From the NCBI GenBank assembly GCA_034530615.2, contig JAVRCV020000015.1, forward strand, positions 128,001-192,000: a stretch of DNA of 64,000 nt, given 5' to 3'. Made by a program: the position numbers and the translations under genes. The stretch's first letter is position 1; every line of letters starts with the position of its first letter. This document shows, in pieces, positions 42,908 through 54,393 of the stretch. The notes below the pieces were generated by a model, which searched no databases, had not been told where the DNA came from, and was given only the letters and a program-made list of their open reading frames with translations. Source of the DNA: Aulosira sp. ZfuVER01 (GTDB lineage Bacteria > Cyanobacteriota > Cyanobacteriia > Cyanobacteriales > Nostocaceae).

Positions 42908-43518
42908 GTATCTCTTAAATTTTGCTGTTGTTGTATTTAGAATTATTGAATTCTGCAAAAGCGCGAATTTCATCTATATAACCATGCTTTTTCTTGCTGG
43001 CTTCACAATAATCCAAACCGAACTTGTTTTGAGCTGATCGCCTTCGCGGGTTTTAGAGAATCCTTAATACTTCTTTATTCTCCCTACACCTCCCATACTC
43101 CCCACACTTCAGTCTCCCTCTCAATTGATGATTATTCTCGATTACTGAATTGATGTTCTAGTCTAAGGACAATTTGGCAAAAGTGGATACTCCCTTTAGA
43201 TATCTTGTACGGAGATAATGCCGAGATATATTTTATGAAGCTCATACGAAGCCAAAAGTATCCTATAAGTCTCTAAATAATTTGAAAGCGAAATCGTAGA
43301 ATCCCAGATGTGCTTGGCTTTACTCTCATTCCACCCTTGATAGAACTGGGTGAATTCATAGCAATTTTCACGTGATATGTAATTTAATATCTAAGTTTTA
43401 TAAACCTCAAGTTAAGTTGAGCAAATTATCACTTCAGAAAAATCACGCTTTTCTGTTTCCAAAATTTAAATTACAAATGTATAAGTCGATAAAAATGTGA
43501 TGTTAAAAACTAGAAATT

Positions 43519-44457
43519 ATGAAACCTAAAGACTTCTCAAGTTTTCTAAAAATAGCCCTTTCTACTGTTGGTCTTCTCTGTGTTGCTAGTCAAGGGGCTT
43601 ATGCCGCTGACTTAAAAGGTACGGCATTTAGCATATCTTTAGAGTGTTTAAATGACACTACTGGACTTTTGTTAGGAAAAAACTCTACTGATGCTAATGG
43701 CTGGCAGTATGCATTTGATTCAAATACAGATGGGATGAACGGCAACTACTGGGTTGGCGCTGCACCAGGACAGAAAAATCCCTATGATATCTACGGTATG
43801 GCTGTTAAGGAAACAGCTACCAGTGTGATTGTAGCTCTTAACGGCAACATGAAGTTAACAGGAGAAGCAGAAGCAGGCGCTGCTGGTGGTCAGATTGGTT
43901 ATGGCGATTTGTTCTTCAATATGTCGGGTAAGACCTTTGACAATGCCATGAGTAGCGGAGATTTGTTCGGGATTCGCTTCTCTTCAGTTAATGCTTCTGG
44001 GGTACAACAGCTTGGTGTCTATAGTAATGTTCAGGCTAAGACAGTTACTGATATTAAAGAAGGCTACACTGTCAATACTTATGGAGGCTTGACCGGCGGT
44101 AATAATTCTTACGAGGGACAAGTCAAACAAGGTGGTGGCACTGTAGGCTATGGTGATTTGACTAGTAGCTACTTTACCAATAATGGAAAAGACAATACAT
44201 TCAATCTCAACGCTATCGCTTCTGGAAAATATCTTACTGGCATCTCTTTCCTTTCACAAGGAACTGTAACGCAGCAGTTGTTAGCTACTGGCTATGATTC
44301 TACAAAATTAACTGGTTCGCAAACTATTGCCTTCCAGTTTGATAAGTCTGCGTTTACCCAATCAGTTCCTGAGCCTGCTAACATCGCTGGTTTAACACTT
44401 TTCGGCTTGGCGTTGGCTGGTAGCCAGATTCGCAAAGGCCGTAGTTACAAGTTTTGA
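43519..44457 (+). CDS. PEP-CTERM exosortase-sorted surface protein (XDD3-like)
   Basis: Signal peptide, WQYAFDS motif, C-terminal VPEP + TM + basic tail. Confidence 0.88.
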   Translation: MKPKDFSSFLKIALSTVGLLCVASQGAYAADLKGTAFSISLECLNDTTGLLLGKNSTDANGWQYAFDSNTDGMNGNYWVGAAPGQKNPYDIYGMAVKETATSVIVALNGNMKLTGEAEAGAAGGQIGYGDLFFNMSGKTFDNAMSSGDLFGIRFSSVNASGVQQLGVYSNVQAKTVTDIKEGYTVNTYGGLTGGNNSYEGQVKQGGGTVGYGDLTSSYFTNNGKDNTFNLNAIASGKYLTGISFLSQGTVTQQLLATGYDSTKLTGSQTIAFQFDKSAFTQSVPEPANIAGLTLFGLALAGSQIRKGRSYKF

Positions 44458-44633
44458 GTTTGTCCTATCTAAGGTGAAATGAGCAATGGATGCTGTTGGC
44501 AAGATCGCCACATTGAGCTAACAGCTATAAAAATGTATACCTAATTTTAGGTCATATATTCGTTTGAAATTATGTATTATTTGAGAAACTACCCCTCTAG
44601 GATGTCCTAGTAGGGGTTTTATCGACTTTACTG

Positions 44634-44675
44634 GGAAGACCCCACACGCAGTGTAGTGGAATGTGGGGGTGTCAA
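44634..44675 (+). mobile_element. Possible orphan IS200/IS605 right-end hairpin
   Basis: gaagaccccaca...tgtgggggt hairpin followed by gTCAA. Confidence 0.4.
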
Positions 44676-45073
44676 TTGTTTGTATTTTTGGGAATTTAAA
44701 AGTTTGATGATGTATAATCCGCAGCATAGGTAGTGCCGCTATTCCCTTCAGCAAAAATATCAATAATGCGATAGCGATCGCTCAAGGTTTGCTTTGAAGC
44801 ATCGACAATCACATCACCTATTTGATGCAATGCCTTGCGCACAATGGATACTGACAAATTAATACTGAATTCAGTATTCCCAAAATCAGTTTTGTGATTT
44901 TAGTTCTCAGGAGAAATCTAGATCTCAAAATGTCAGTTGAAATAAAAAAATAACTGTATATCCTAATATTAAAAATCCTAAGAATTTATAAAGAAACCCA
45001 GCTAAAGTGCTGTATCCGAGGAAACATAATTAATAGATTTAAGCAATTTTTTTCCTAGCTTAAGGAGGACCTG

Positions 45074-46543
45074 ATGGTTACAGCAACAGTAACAGGTCAA
45101 CAGGTCAAAATCGGCCCAACCCAGCTGCTGATTAATAACGAGTGGGTAGAAAGTGTCAGCGGCCGCCGATTTGAAACTATTAACCCAGCTACAGGCGAAA
45201 CTATCTGCACAGTAGCAGAGGCAGATGCCGCAGATGTAGATAAAGCTGTGCAAGCAGCTCGTAAAGCCTTCACCAGTGGGGCCTGGTCCAAGATGTCTGC
45301 GACTGGGCGTGGCGAGTTACTTTATAAGCTTGCTGACTTAATTGAGCAGAATATTGATGAGTTGGCAAGGCTGGAAACTCTAGATAATGGCAAGCCTGTA
45401 CACGATGCTTTGGGTGACTTGGGGTTAGTGATAGCTTGCTACCGTTACTATGCAGGCTGGGCAGATAAGGTGCAAGGTAAAACTATCCCGATTAATGGCC
45501 CTTACTTCTGCTATACACGCCATGAGCCTGTAGGTGTAGTTGGTCAAATTATCCCGTGGAATTTCCCGCTGTTAATGCAGGCTTGGAAGTTAGCACCAGC
45601 TTTAGCTACAGGTAATACAGTGGTGATGAAAACAGCTGAACAGACACCTTTATCTGCTCTAAGAGTAGGTGAATTAATTGTTGAAGCTGGCTTCCCGCCT
45701 GGTGTGGTGAATCTTTTATCAGGATACGGCCCAACTGCTGGGGCAGCGATCGCTCGCCACATGGACATTGACAAAGTAGCGTTTACTGGGTCAACTGAAG
45801 TCGGGCATCTGATTATGGAAGCCGCTGCCAAGAGTAACCTGAAGCGCGTTACTTTGGAACTGGGTGGTAAGAGTCCTAACATCGTCTTTGCTGATGCTGA
45901 TATGCGTCAAGCCATAGAAGGTGCCCACCAAGCTTTGTTCTTCAATCAAGGTCAATGCTGCTGCGCTGGTTCGCGGTTATTTGTGGAAGAAAAATGTTAC
46001 GACGATTTTGTCTCCTTGGCTGTAGAAAGAGCTAAAAAGCGGGCTGTCGGCGATCCTTTCGATAGAAACACAGAACAAGGCCCGCAAGTAGACAAAGAGC
46101 AATTCGACAAAGTTATGGGTTATATCGAGTCAGGAATGCGAGATGGTGCCCAAATGCTTTGTGGTGGTAGTCGTGTAGGAGATAAAGGTTTCTTTATTGC
46201 ACCCACTGTCTTTACCGATGTCCGCGATGACATGAAGATTGCTCAAGAAGAAATCTTTGGCCCTGTGATGAGCATTATCAAATTTAAGAACATTGATGAG
46301 GTGATTCAACGGGCAAACAACACCATGTATGGACTCGCCGCCGCTGTGTGGACTCAGGATATTACTAAAGCCCACGCGATCGCAAATAATGTCCGTGCTG
46401 GTACAGTTTGGGTAAACTGCTACGACGTTTTCGACGCTGCTGCGCCCTTTGGTGGATTCAAGCAGTCTGGTATTGGTCGGGAATTGGGCGAGTACGGCTT
46501 GCAACAATATACCGAAGTTAAAACCGTTACTATCAAACTGTAA
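45074..46543 (+). CDS. NAD-dependent aldehyde dehydrogenase
   Basis: [45 protein letters not shown]. Confidence 0.95.
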   Translation: MVTATVTGQQVKIGPTQLLINNEWVESVSGRRFETINPATGETICTVAEADAADVDKAVQAARKAFTSGAWSKMSATGRGELLYKLADLIEQNIDELARLETLDNGKPVHDALGDLGLVIACYRYYAGWADKVQGKTIPINGPYFCYTRHEPVGVVGQIIPWNFPLLMQAWKLAPALATGNTVVMKTAEQTPLSALRVGELIVEAGFPPGVVNLLSGYGPTAGAAIARHMDIDKVAFTGSTEVGHLIMEAAAKSNLKRVTLELGGKSPNIVFADADMRQAIEGAHQALFFNQGQCCCAGSRLFVEEKCYDDFVSLAVERAKKRAVGDPFDRNTEQGPQVDKEQFDKVMGYIESGMRDGAQMLCGGSRVGDKGFFIAPTVFTDVRDDMKIAQEEIFGPVMSIIKFKNIDEVIQRANNTMYGLAAAVWTQDITKAHAIANNVRAGTVWVNCYDVFDAAAPFGGFKQSGIGRELGEYGLQQYTEVKTVTIKL

Positions 46544-46702
46544 ATTTATTTTTTCAAGGCTCTCGCTCAAATTCAGCCTGAGCCTGATTTATCCCTCCTT
46601 ATCCCATTAAAAAAATTGGGTGTAAGGGGGGTTATGAATGTGATATTTGTTATGGGTTGGGAATGATATATAGATATTGCATACAACCCCAAGAAAATTT
46701 CT

Positions 46703-47917
46703 ATGATAACTGCGATCGCCAGTAGATTTTGCCAATTTATAGTAGGCTGGAAAAGCCAAACTGCTTACTTTTACAGAGGTCAAGGTAAAAATAAAAGCAA
46801 GCATTCCCCAAAACGGCATATCTGGCTAGACTTATTAAGTGGACTGATGGCGCTGTTACTGGTGTTGTCAGTAGTTAACCCAGGACTAGCCCAAAAACCT
46901 GAACAACCATTAACAAAATCATTTTCAGTAGCTACACGTGTTATCCCACCTTTTGTATTTTCAAACAAAGGTGAACTATCTGGCTTCAGTATTGACCTCT
47001 GGCGCAGTATTGCTACCAAGTTGGGTATAGAGTCTAAATTTGTTGAGTATTCAACTGTACCCGATCTGCTTTCTGCTGTTAAGGATAGTAAAGCTAATGT
47101 AGGAATTGCAGCTATTTCAATTACCGCCGAACGGCAGGAGAGTTTTGATTTCTCTTTACCGATGTTTGCGGCTGGGCTTCAGATAATGGTAAGACCCCCA
47201 CAAGCAAATGGCAGTGCCGCTTCTAATATTTTACAATTATTGTTTTCTGCAACTCTTTTGCAAGTATTTGCCATTGCTTTGCTGCTGGTTGTAGTCGCAG
47301 CTCATGTCATTTGGTTGTCTGAACGCAATCACAAAGAAGGGATGATTGATAAATCATACTTCCCGGGAATTTTCAAAGCTTGTTGGTGGGCAGCTGCAAC
47401 ATTAGCAACGCAAGCCGATGAAATGCCTAAGGGAGTACTGGGAAGGGTAATAGCTATTATTTGGATGTTTATCGGTGTTCTTTTCGTTGCTTACTTTACA
47501 GCCGCCGCTACCACCTCACTAACTGTACAGCAACTTCAAGGGGATATCAGAAGTGTAGACGATTTACCAGGTAAGCTGGTAGCAACAACAGCTGGTAGTA
47601 CAGCTGCGAAATATCTGCGCGAACATAAGATTCCAGTTCTTGAAGTTCCGAAGATTGAGCAAGCTTACGATGCTCTACAAACTAAAAAAGCTGATGCTGT
47701 GGTGTTTGATGCCCCTGTACTTTTGTTCTATGCTGCTAATCAAGGTCAAGGCAAAGTAGAGGTAGTTGGTAGTGTCTTCCGTGAAGAAAACTATGGTATT
47801 GTCCTGCCTAATAACAGTCCCTACCGCAAACAAATTAATAGCGCATTGTTGAGTCTCAGAGAGGATGGCACTTATCAATCGCTTTATGATAAGTGGTTCG
47901 ATGCCAAGAAATCTTAA
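46703..47917 (+). CDS. GluR0-like ligand-gated channel (split SBP_bac_3 + M1-P-M2)
   Basis: GFSIDL, ISITAER..FDFS (S1); M1, WW pore helix, M2; FDAP, YGI (S2). Confidence 0.85.
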   Translation: MITAIASRFCQFIVGWKSQTAYFYRGQGKNKSKHSPKRHIWLDLLSGLMALLLVLSVVNPGLAQKPEQPLTKSFSVATRVIPPFVFSNKGELSGFSIDLWRSIATKLGIESKFVEYSTVPDLLSAVKDSKANVGIAAISITAERQESFDFSLPMFAAGLQIMVRPPQANGSAASNILQLLFSATLLQVFAIALLLVVVAAHVIWLSERNHKEGMIDKSYFPGIFKACWWAAATLATQADEMPKGVLGRVIAIIWMFIGVLFVAYFTAAATTSLTVQQLQGDIRSVDDLPGKLVATTAGSTAAKYLREHKIPVLEVPKIEQAYDALQTKKADAVVFDAPVLLFYAANQGQGKVEVVGSVFREENYGIVLPNNSPYRKQINSALLSLREDGTYQSLYDKWFDAKKS

Positions 47918-48008
47918 GTTAAGTAGGCAGTCTCGATAAAAATGGGCATGGGGCATCTGAAAATAGCTGAAATAAGCCAGATTTAGATGCCCAAAGTCGC
48001 ATTGCAAT

Positions 48009-48260
48009 CCGATGCAATTCAATTGCAGGGCGATGCATTAACATAACAAGCCGATGCAATTCAATTGCAGGGCGATGCATTAACATAACAAGCCGATGCA
48101 ATTCAATTGCAGAGCAATGCATTAACATAACAAGCCGATACAATTCAATTGCAGAGCGATGCATTAATATAACAAGCCGATGCAATTTAATTGCAGGGCG
48201 ATGCATTAATATAACAAGCCGATGCAATTCAATTGCAGGGCGATGCATCAACATAACAAG
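48009..48260. repeat. Six tandem 42-nt (2x21) repeats
   Basis: Unit ccgatgcaattcaattgcagggcgatgcattaacataacaag, six copies with few substitutions. Confidence 0.92.
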
Positions 48261-48383
48261 CCACTCCACGTCTACGCATTGTCATATCAATTTGTTGTCT
48301 GCCATTTGCCACACCACTGACACTGTTGGCAAAAGTGATACAAAGGCACATACAAAAATATTACAAATAAAAGCTGCAATGCC

Positions 48384-48482
48384 TGCTCGGTCTTTCACTT
48401 TCTGCGGTACATCTACCGTTCTCAGGTCGAAAAGAGTTTTATCTTGTTTTGGAGTTAGAAATACTCTTAAACAGCTGCCAAT
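48384..48482 (-). pseudogene. IS630-like transposase N-terminal remnant
   Basis: Minus-strand translation (I)GSCLRVFLTPKQDKTLFDLRTVDVPQKVKDRA resembles, from recall, N-termini of cyanobacterial IS630 HTH proteins; start appears decayed to ATT and the similarity ends abruptly. Confidence 0.55.
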
Positions 48483-49030
48483 ACATCTGTCACATTGGTA
48501 AATACATCAACCCCATTTACTGAATCTTCACAGGGTTTAAATTTTTACATTGTTCTACTTACTAAAAATTTTAATTTTAAAGATTTGATGAACGAAGTTG
48601 CTAAAACTGGACAAAAGCATCTGCATCAGCTAATTTTTAATCTTGTTTGAGAATTGGTTTTGATTTGCTTAAGTGTAGCTATTAGAAATATCTTATTTTC
48701 TGGAGTTATTCTCATCACTTTTGGGGAGTAAATATGAAAATTTAAATCCGTCGCTTTTATTAGTCAAAGCGTTATTATTTCATTGCTAAAAAATTTTTAA
48801 ATGTAGGAAGAGTCCAGATAAAGATACCGTTGGCGAAACATTTATAAATGCTGTAAATTTTTGTGCTGTCGCGAGAATCTGCTAACGAAAATTTCCAAAA
48901 GCTACTCTTCCAATAAATTCGCCAACCTTATCGCATCCCAGTTATATACCTTAATTATTCCTTTTTTATGATTACCACGATAGGAATAACATGACAACTC
49001 AAATACTGCTTTTAACCAAGGGAAAGTAAG

Positions 49031-51381
49031 ATGGCTCCTACTATTTTGACAGTTAATACTACAGCCGATCAAAATGATGGCAGTGCTACTAATGGTTTAT
49101 CTCTGCGGGATGCGATTTTAATTGCTAATGCAAATCCGACTACTGAGTATGAAATCCAGTTAGCAGGAGGAACAACTTACAACTTATCATCAAATGGGAT
49201 TAATGAAGATGCAGCCCTGACAGGAGATTTAGATATTAAAAGTCGCAGTAATGTGCTTTATATTGTGGCAGTTGGTGGGCAAGCAACTATTAATGCCTCA
49301 GGTTTAATAAACAGCGATCGCGTTTTTCATGTACTGGCTGGAGGAGCATTAAGCTTACAGAATGTAGTCGTTACGGGCGGCAAGATATCTAGTAGTAGAG
49401 GAGGTGGAGGCATTAGGGTTGATTATAATGGCGCTCTAGATTTATACAACACTACCATCAGTGGCAATAGTGCAGAGAGTAGCTATCAGGGTGGCGGTAT
49501 TTATAACGATGGTACAGTCTACTTGCGAAATAGTTCTATCAATAACAATAAAGCTAGCAATGGTGGCGGTATCCTTAACAATGGCACTCTGATTGCGACT
49601 AACTCCAGTATCAGTAGTAATAGCTCAGGTAGTGGAGGTGGAATTTATAACTTTGATACATTGACCCTGATCAATACTACAGTTAGTAATAATACTGCAA
49701 GTAGCAGTGGTGGGGGTATCCTAGGTAACGGTAGCTCTGCCTCTATTGCTTTAGTTAACACAACAATTAGTGGAAACAGTGCCGGAACTGCTGGCGGTGG
49801 TATATATACTACTGGCGGCGGCGTGACAAATATACTTAACAACACGATTACCAATAATACAGTTAGTGGCAGTTTAGGAGGAGGTGGAATTTATGGCAGT
49901 GTCAATTTAAAGAACACAATTGTTGCCGGAAATTTTAACAATTATAATAACCAGGGAACAGGCAAAGATATTCAAGGAACAGTTAACGGCAATAATTACA
50001 ACCTGATTGGCTCTCTAGCTGGAGCCAGTGGTACTGTAGGCACAGGTACAGATATCGTTAACCCCAACCCCGGACTCGGCCCCCTACAAGCCGACGGTAC
50101 TCATGCTCTCCTTCCTGGTAGCCCTGCGATTAATGCTGGTAGCAACAGCTTAATCCCTGCTGATACAGAAGACCTGGATGGTGATGGAAATACAACAGAA
50201 CCCATTCCCTACGATCAACGCGGTTTGACGCGGGTTGTTGGTAGTACAGTCGATATTGGCGCATTTGAGGTACAATCAGCTCCCTTATCTACCCTCAGCA
50301 TCAAAGATATTACTGTTAGCGAAGGTAATACAGGGACAAAGAACGCAACATTTACTGTGACTCTTTCTGCCGCGAGTAACTCTGTTGTCACAGTTAAGTA
50401 TGCTACTGCTAACGGCACAGCTACAGCAGGTAGTGACTATACCGCCACCACAGGTACATTAACTTTTAATCCCGGCGATACCAGTAAAACTCTCAATGTT
50501 GCTGTGACTGGCGATCTCACAGCTGAAGTATACGAAACTTTCTTTGTTAACCTTAGCAATGCTGCTAATGCCACTATTGCTGATAATCAGGCAGTGGGAA
50601 CCATAACCAATGATGATGGTGGTAGTGGGAATGATACTCTGGCTGGTGGTAGTGGGAATGATACTCTGGCTGGTGGTAGTGGGAATGATACCTACGCATT
50701 CAATGCTTCCACGCCATTAGGTAGCGATACCATACAAGAAACCAGCACAGGCGGCAATGATACTATCAGTTTTAGTGGTACTAGTACTGATGTCCGGCTG
50801 AATTTAGGTGTGATTACGACGCAGACAGTCAACAGTAACTTGAAGTTGACTCTATCTGCTAATAATGTGATTGAAAATATAGTCGGTGGTAGTGGAAGCG
50901 ATCACCTGATTGGCAATAGCCTCAATAATAATCTCAATGGGGGCAGTGGCAATGATGTGTTAACTGGTAGAAGCGGTGCAGATACTTTAATTGGCGGGGC
51001 GGGAAATGATATTCTTTCTGGTGGGACTGAGAGCGATCGCTTTCGGTATAGTGGAGGAGGAGCTTTTACCAGTAGCAATTTTGGTGTTGATATCCTGACT
51101 GACTTTACCTCTGCTAGCGATAAGTTGGTGTTGAGTAAACAGACTTTTACCGCTTTAACTAGTGTTGTGGGTGATGGGTTGAGTCAAGCTTCTGATTTTA
51201 CTACCGTAGAGGATGATGATTTAGCTGCAACTAGTACAGCATTCTAGTTTACAGCGTCAGTAGTGGCAGTCTTTACTATAACCAAAACGGCAGTGCTGCT
51301 GGGTTTGGTACTGGTGCGGAGTTGGTTAATTTGATCAATTTGCCTACTTTGACTACTGCTGATTTTGAGATCGTTACTTGA
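49031..51381 (+). CDS. Secreted beta-helix / Calx-beta / RTX protein, frameshifted near the C-terminus
   Basis: GGGIYN repeats, DQRG...DIGAFE motif, Calx-beta (VSEGNTGT..TATAGSDY), GGSGND nonapeptides; stop at 51245-51247, with the tail continuing in another frame to 51381. Confidence 0.85.
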
Positions 51382-51396
51382 TACTAATCTGGCATT

Positions 51397-51549
51397 GAGC
51401 CGCGCCACTTGCTACAACGGGGGAAACCCCAACAGACACTTGCTACCCTGCGGGAAGCCCCTATGCATCTACAAGTCAGCGGAGCCGACGACAGTCGCTT
51501 CAAGCCGTGAGACCCGTCCACATCACTGTCTCCGCAACGCAGTGGCTCC
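51397..51549. repeat. Cluster of nested SDR-like palindromic repeats
   Basis: cgccacttgctacaacgggggaaacccc...gcaacgcagtggctc interrupted by related hairpin units; reverse-strand relative of 41-140. Confidence 0.6.
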
Positions 51550-51558
51550 TTTGCCTTC

Positions 51559-52371
51559 TTACCCTTCTTGAGCAAGTTGCGCTTTTGCTTGTTGCCACAA
51601 AGCTTCTAACTCTTCCAAACTGTAATCTGAAAGGGGGCGGTCAACGACTGCCTCCATCTTTTGTAACCGTTGGATAAATCTCTGATTTGTGCCTTGCAAA
51701 CCTGCACTAGGATCGAGGTCATGCCAACGGGCTAGCTGAATAGCTGCAAATAGTAAATCGCCTAATTCTGCTTGTTGGGCTTCCGGTGTTTCTTCAGCTA
51801 AAGCCTGGCGAAATTCTTCTAACTCTTCATGGAACTTAGCCCACACTCCGTCGATGTTTTCCCACTCAAATCCCACCGCCGCCGCTTTTTCGGAAATCTT
51901 CATCGCCGCCATTAATGGGGGAAGGCTACGCCCATAGCGACTGAGTTTAACACTGAGTTTTTGATTTTCTGGAGATGGTTCGCCTTTTTCTGCGGCTTTG
52001 ATTTCTTCCCAGTTTTGCCGCACTTCATCGACACTCGCAACTTCGACATCACCAAATACGTGGGGATGACGGCGAATCAACTTTTGGGAAATCCCTTCAG
52101 CAATTTCTTTGAGAGAAAATTGTCCTGATTCACTAGCGATTTGGGCTTGCAGTACTACCTGTAATAATAAATCTCCCAACTCTTCTGCGATCGCCTTCCC
52201 GTCGCCACTCTTAATCGCATCTACCACCTCATAGGCTTCCTCAATGACATAAGGTGTCAAACTCTCTGGAGTCTGCGCCAAATCCCAAGGACAACCACCA
52301 TCAGGCGATCGCAACTTTGCGACCACCTCAATTAATTCCTGTAACGCCGCTAAAGTATTATTCATAGTCAT
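51559..52371 (-). CDS. mazG: Nucleoside triphosphate pyrophosphohydrolase
   Basis: LRSPDGGCPWD, EEAYE, EELGDLL, RRHPHVF, ELGDLLF. Confidence 0.95.
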   Translation of the reverse strand: MTMNNTLAALQELIEVVAKLRSPDGGCPWDLAQTPESLTPYVIEEAYEVVDAIKSGDGKAIAEELGDLLLQVVLQAQIASESGQFSLKEIAEGISQKLIRRHPHVFGDVEVASVDEVRQNWEEIKAAEKGEPSPENQKLSVKLSRYGRSLPPLMAAMKISEKAAAVGFEWENIDGVWAKFHEELEEFRQALAEETPEAQQAELGDLLFAAIQLARWHDLDPSAGLQGTNQRFIQRLQKMEAVVDRPLSDYSLEELEALWQQAKAQLAQEG

Positions 52372-52419
52372 TTGTTATTAGTCCTTTGTCATTAGTTAAG
52401 AGTCAATAGGCAAGAGTCA

Positions 52420-53067
52420 TCATTCATTATTCTTCCTTGTCTTCCTCGTCCCCCTTGTCCCCACGTCCCCGCGTCCCCGCGTCTTCGCCCCCGTAACCCG
52501 CCGACTTGTTTTAGTAGATTTACGTTTCTTAATTTTGCCACTTGGAAGTAAGGCACGGATGCCTTGTTTTTTGACACGCTTGTATGCGGAACCGCCCCAA
52601 TCGCTCAGAGAATGGCTCATCGCACCGAGTTCCATACCCAAGAATAAGGCAAGGAATTCAGTACCGTAACTCGTTAGCGATCGCCCGACTGTTCCACTGA
52701 CGTTTTGCCAAATAAAGGCGATATTCCACAGCTTTTCGGCAACTGCTAACACAACAATTGCCACAATAGCCAGTAAGCAACTCAGATAAAGTACTCGTAG
52801 CGTTGTGCCAATAATCGGCCCGTGGGATAAGAAAGAGCGATGACGTAAACTTTTTTGATAAGGTAGCCAAATCCAGCGCAAGAAACCCCAACGTTGGTAT
52901 TGAACGGAGTAAATATCTAAATCCGGGCCGAACATCAACCCGCCAAACAGAAACCCGCCGGAAACCAATAAAGTCACATTGCTACTGCGAGTCTGCCAGA
53001 AAGTCACACCCGCCACAAACGGCAGAGCATACAGTGTAATGCTATCGTGGGTTCGACCAGAGGGCAT
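52420..53067 (-). CDS. DUF2227-family putative metal-binding membrane protein
   Basis: MPSGRTHD, GPDLD, HRSFLSHGP, SHSLSD. Confidence 0.85.
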   Translation of the reverse strand: MPSGRTHDSITLYALPFVAGVTFWQTRSSNVTLLVSGGFLFGGLMFGPDLDIYSVQYQRWGFLRWIWLPYQKSLRHRSFLSHGPIIGTTLRVLYLSCLLAIVAIVVLAVAEKLWNIAFIWQNVSGTVGRSLTSYGTEFLALFLGMELGAMSHSLSDWGGSAYKRVKKQGIRALLPSGKIKKRKSTKTSRRVTGAKTRGRGDVGTRGTRKTRKNNE

Positions 53068-53149
53068 TTCAAGGTTCTCAAAAATTTTTTCTCAAAAATA
53101 CTAGCGCGATTAAAAATCTTTTGCTATATTGTTTAATTGTGAGTGCAAT

Positions 53150-53222
<73 letters not shown>

Positions 53223-53233
53223 TCAAGTTAAAT

Positions 53234-53269
53234 AAGGCTAGAGACAAGTTAAAATCTGTTTCTAGCCTT
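53234..53269 (+). terminator. Putative terminator after tRNA-Val
   Basis: aaggctaga...tctagcctt followed by T run. Confidence 0.55.
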
Positions 53270-53478
53270 TTTAACTGTTTAAGAAATTGGTTAACATCGC
53301 AAAAGTACGGTGAGATTAAGTTTTTAAGTGCGATCGCGCTGATAGTGTAGTCCTGGTGTTGGTGCATCATCAGAGCTTGAAAAGCTTTACTCGCTTGTAA
53401 CAAGTTACAAGTTACAAGTTACCAATGACTAGAATAGAATTTGTTGGGTGCTATAGGATTTTTGCAGGACTCTCAATA

Positions 53479-54309
53479 ATGATGCTGACAGAAAAACTGG
53501 AGCAACTAAAAGCTATATTCGCAGAAATGGAGCAGGCGCTAATTGCCTACTCTGGGGGTGTTGATAGTACTTTGGTTGCCAAGATTGCTTATGATGTTTT
53601 AGGCGATCGGGCTTTGGCTGTGACTGCTGTTTCGCCGTCGCTATTGCCAGAAGAGTTGGAAGATGCGAAGATTCAAGCGGCAACTATTGGGATTCCCCAT
53701 CAAATTGTCCAGACAAACGAAATGGACAATCCCAATTACACTTCCAACCCTGTCAACCGCTGCTATTTTTGCAAAAGCGAATTGCATGATACTCTCAAAC
53801 CTTTAGCCAGGGAGTTGGGTTATCCCTATGTGGTGGATGGAGTGAATGCTGATGATTTACACGATTATCGCCCAGGAATTCAAGCAGCTAAAGAAAGAGG
53901 TGCGCGATCGCCTTTAGCTGAAGTTGGAGTTACTAAAATGGAAGTCCGCCAACTTTCACAACAACTAAGTTTACCTTGGTGGGATAAACCTGCTCAACCT
54001 TGTCTCAGTTCCCGCTTTCCCTACGGTGAAGAAATTACTGTTGCTAAGTTACAACGAGTTGGTAGGGCAGAAATTTACTTGCGAAAGCTGGGTTTAAATA
54101 ATTTGCGCGTGCGTTCCGAAGGAGATACAGCACGCATTGAATTACCGCCAGAAAAAATTAAAGAGTTTGTGTTGACAACAGATTTAGCGCAAGTAGTATC
54201 GGCTTTTCAAGATTTTGGGTTTATTTACGTAACACTAGATTTGGAAGGTTATCGTAGTGGTAAGTTGAATCAGGTTTTGCCACAAACAGCTTTAGGCGTT
54301 AAAGCATAA
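53479..54309 (+). CDS. larE: LarE-family ATP-dependent sulfur transferase (PP-loop)
   Basis: AYSGGVDS, RCYFCK, DYRPG, CLSSR, YRSG. Confidence 0.88.
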   Translation: MMLTEKLEQLKAIFAEMEQALIAYSGGVDSTLVAKIAYDVLGDRALAVTAVSPSLLPEELEDAKIQAATIGIPHQIVQTNEMDNPNYTSNPVNRCYFCKSELHDTLKPLARELGYPYVVDGVNADDLHDYRPGIQAAKERGARSPLAEVGVTKMEVRQLSQQLSLPWWDKPAQPCLSSRFPYGEEITVAKLQRVGRAEIYLRKLGLNNLRVRSEGDTARIELPPEKIKEFVLTTDLAQVVSAFQDFGFIYVTLDLEGYRSGKLNQVLPQTALGVKA

Positions 54310-54393
54310 AATTTTGTTGGAGAATTCATGAACTTTGAAAAGATAGTAAAGTCTACTTTACTTCCTTCTGCCACGCCAGTTGCCCTCTGCCTT

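Noticed and set aside
48009..48260. CRISPR array
   Set aside because: Pure tandem repeat without unique spacers.
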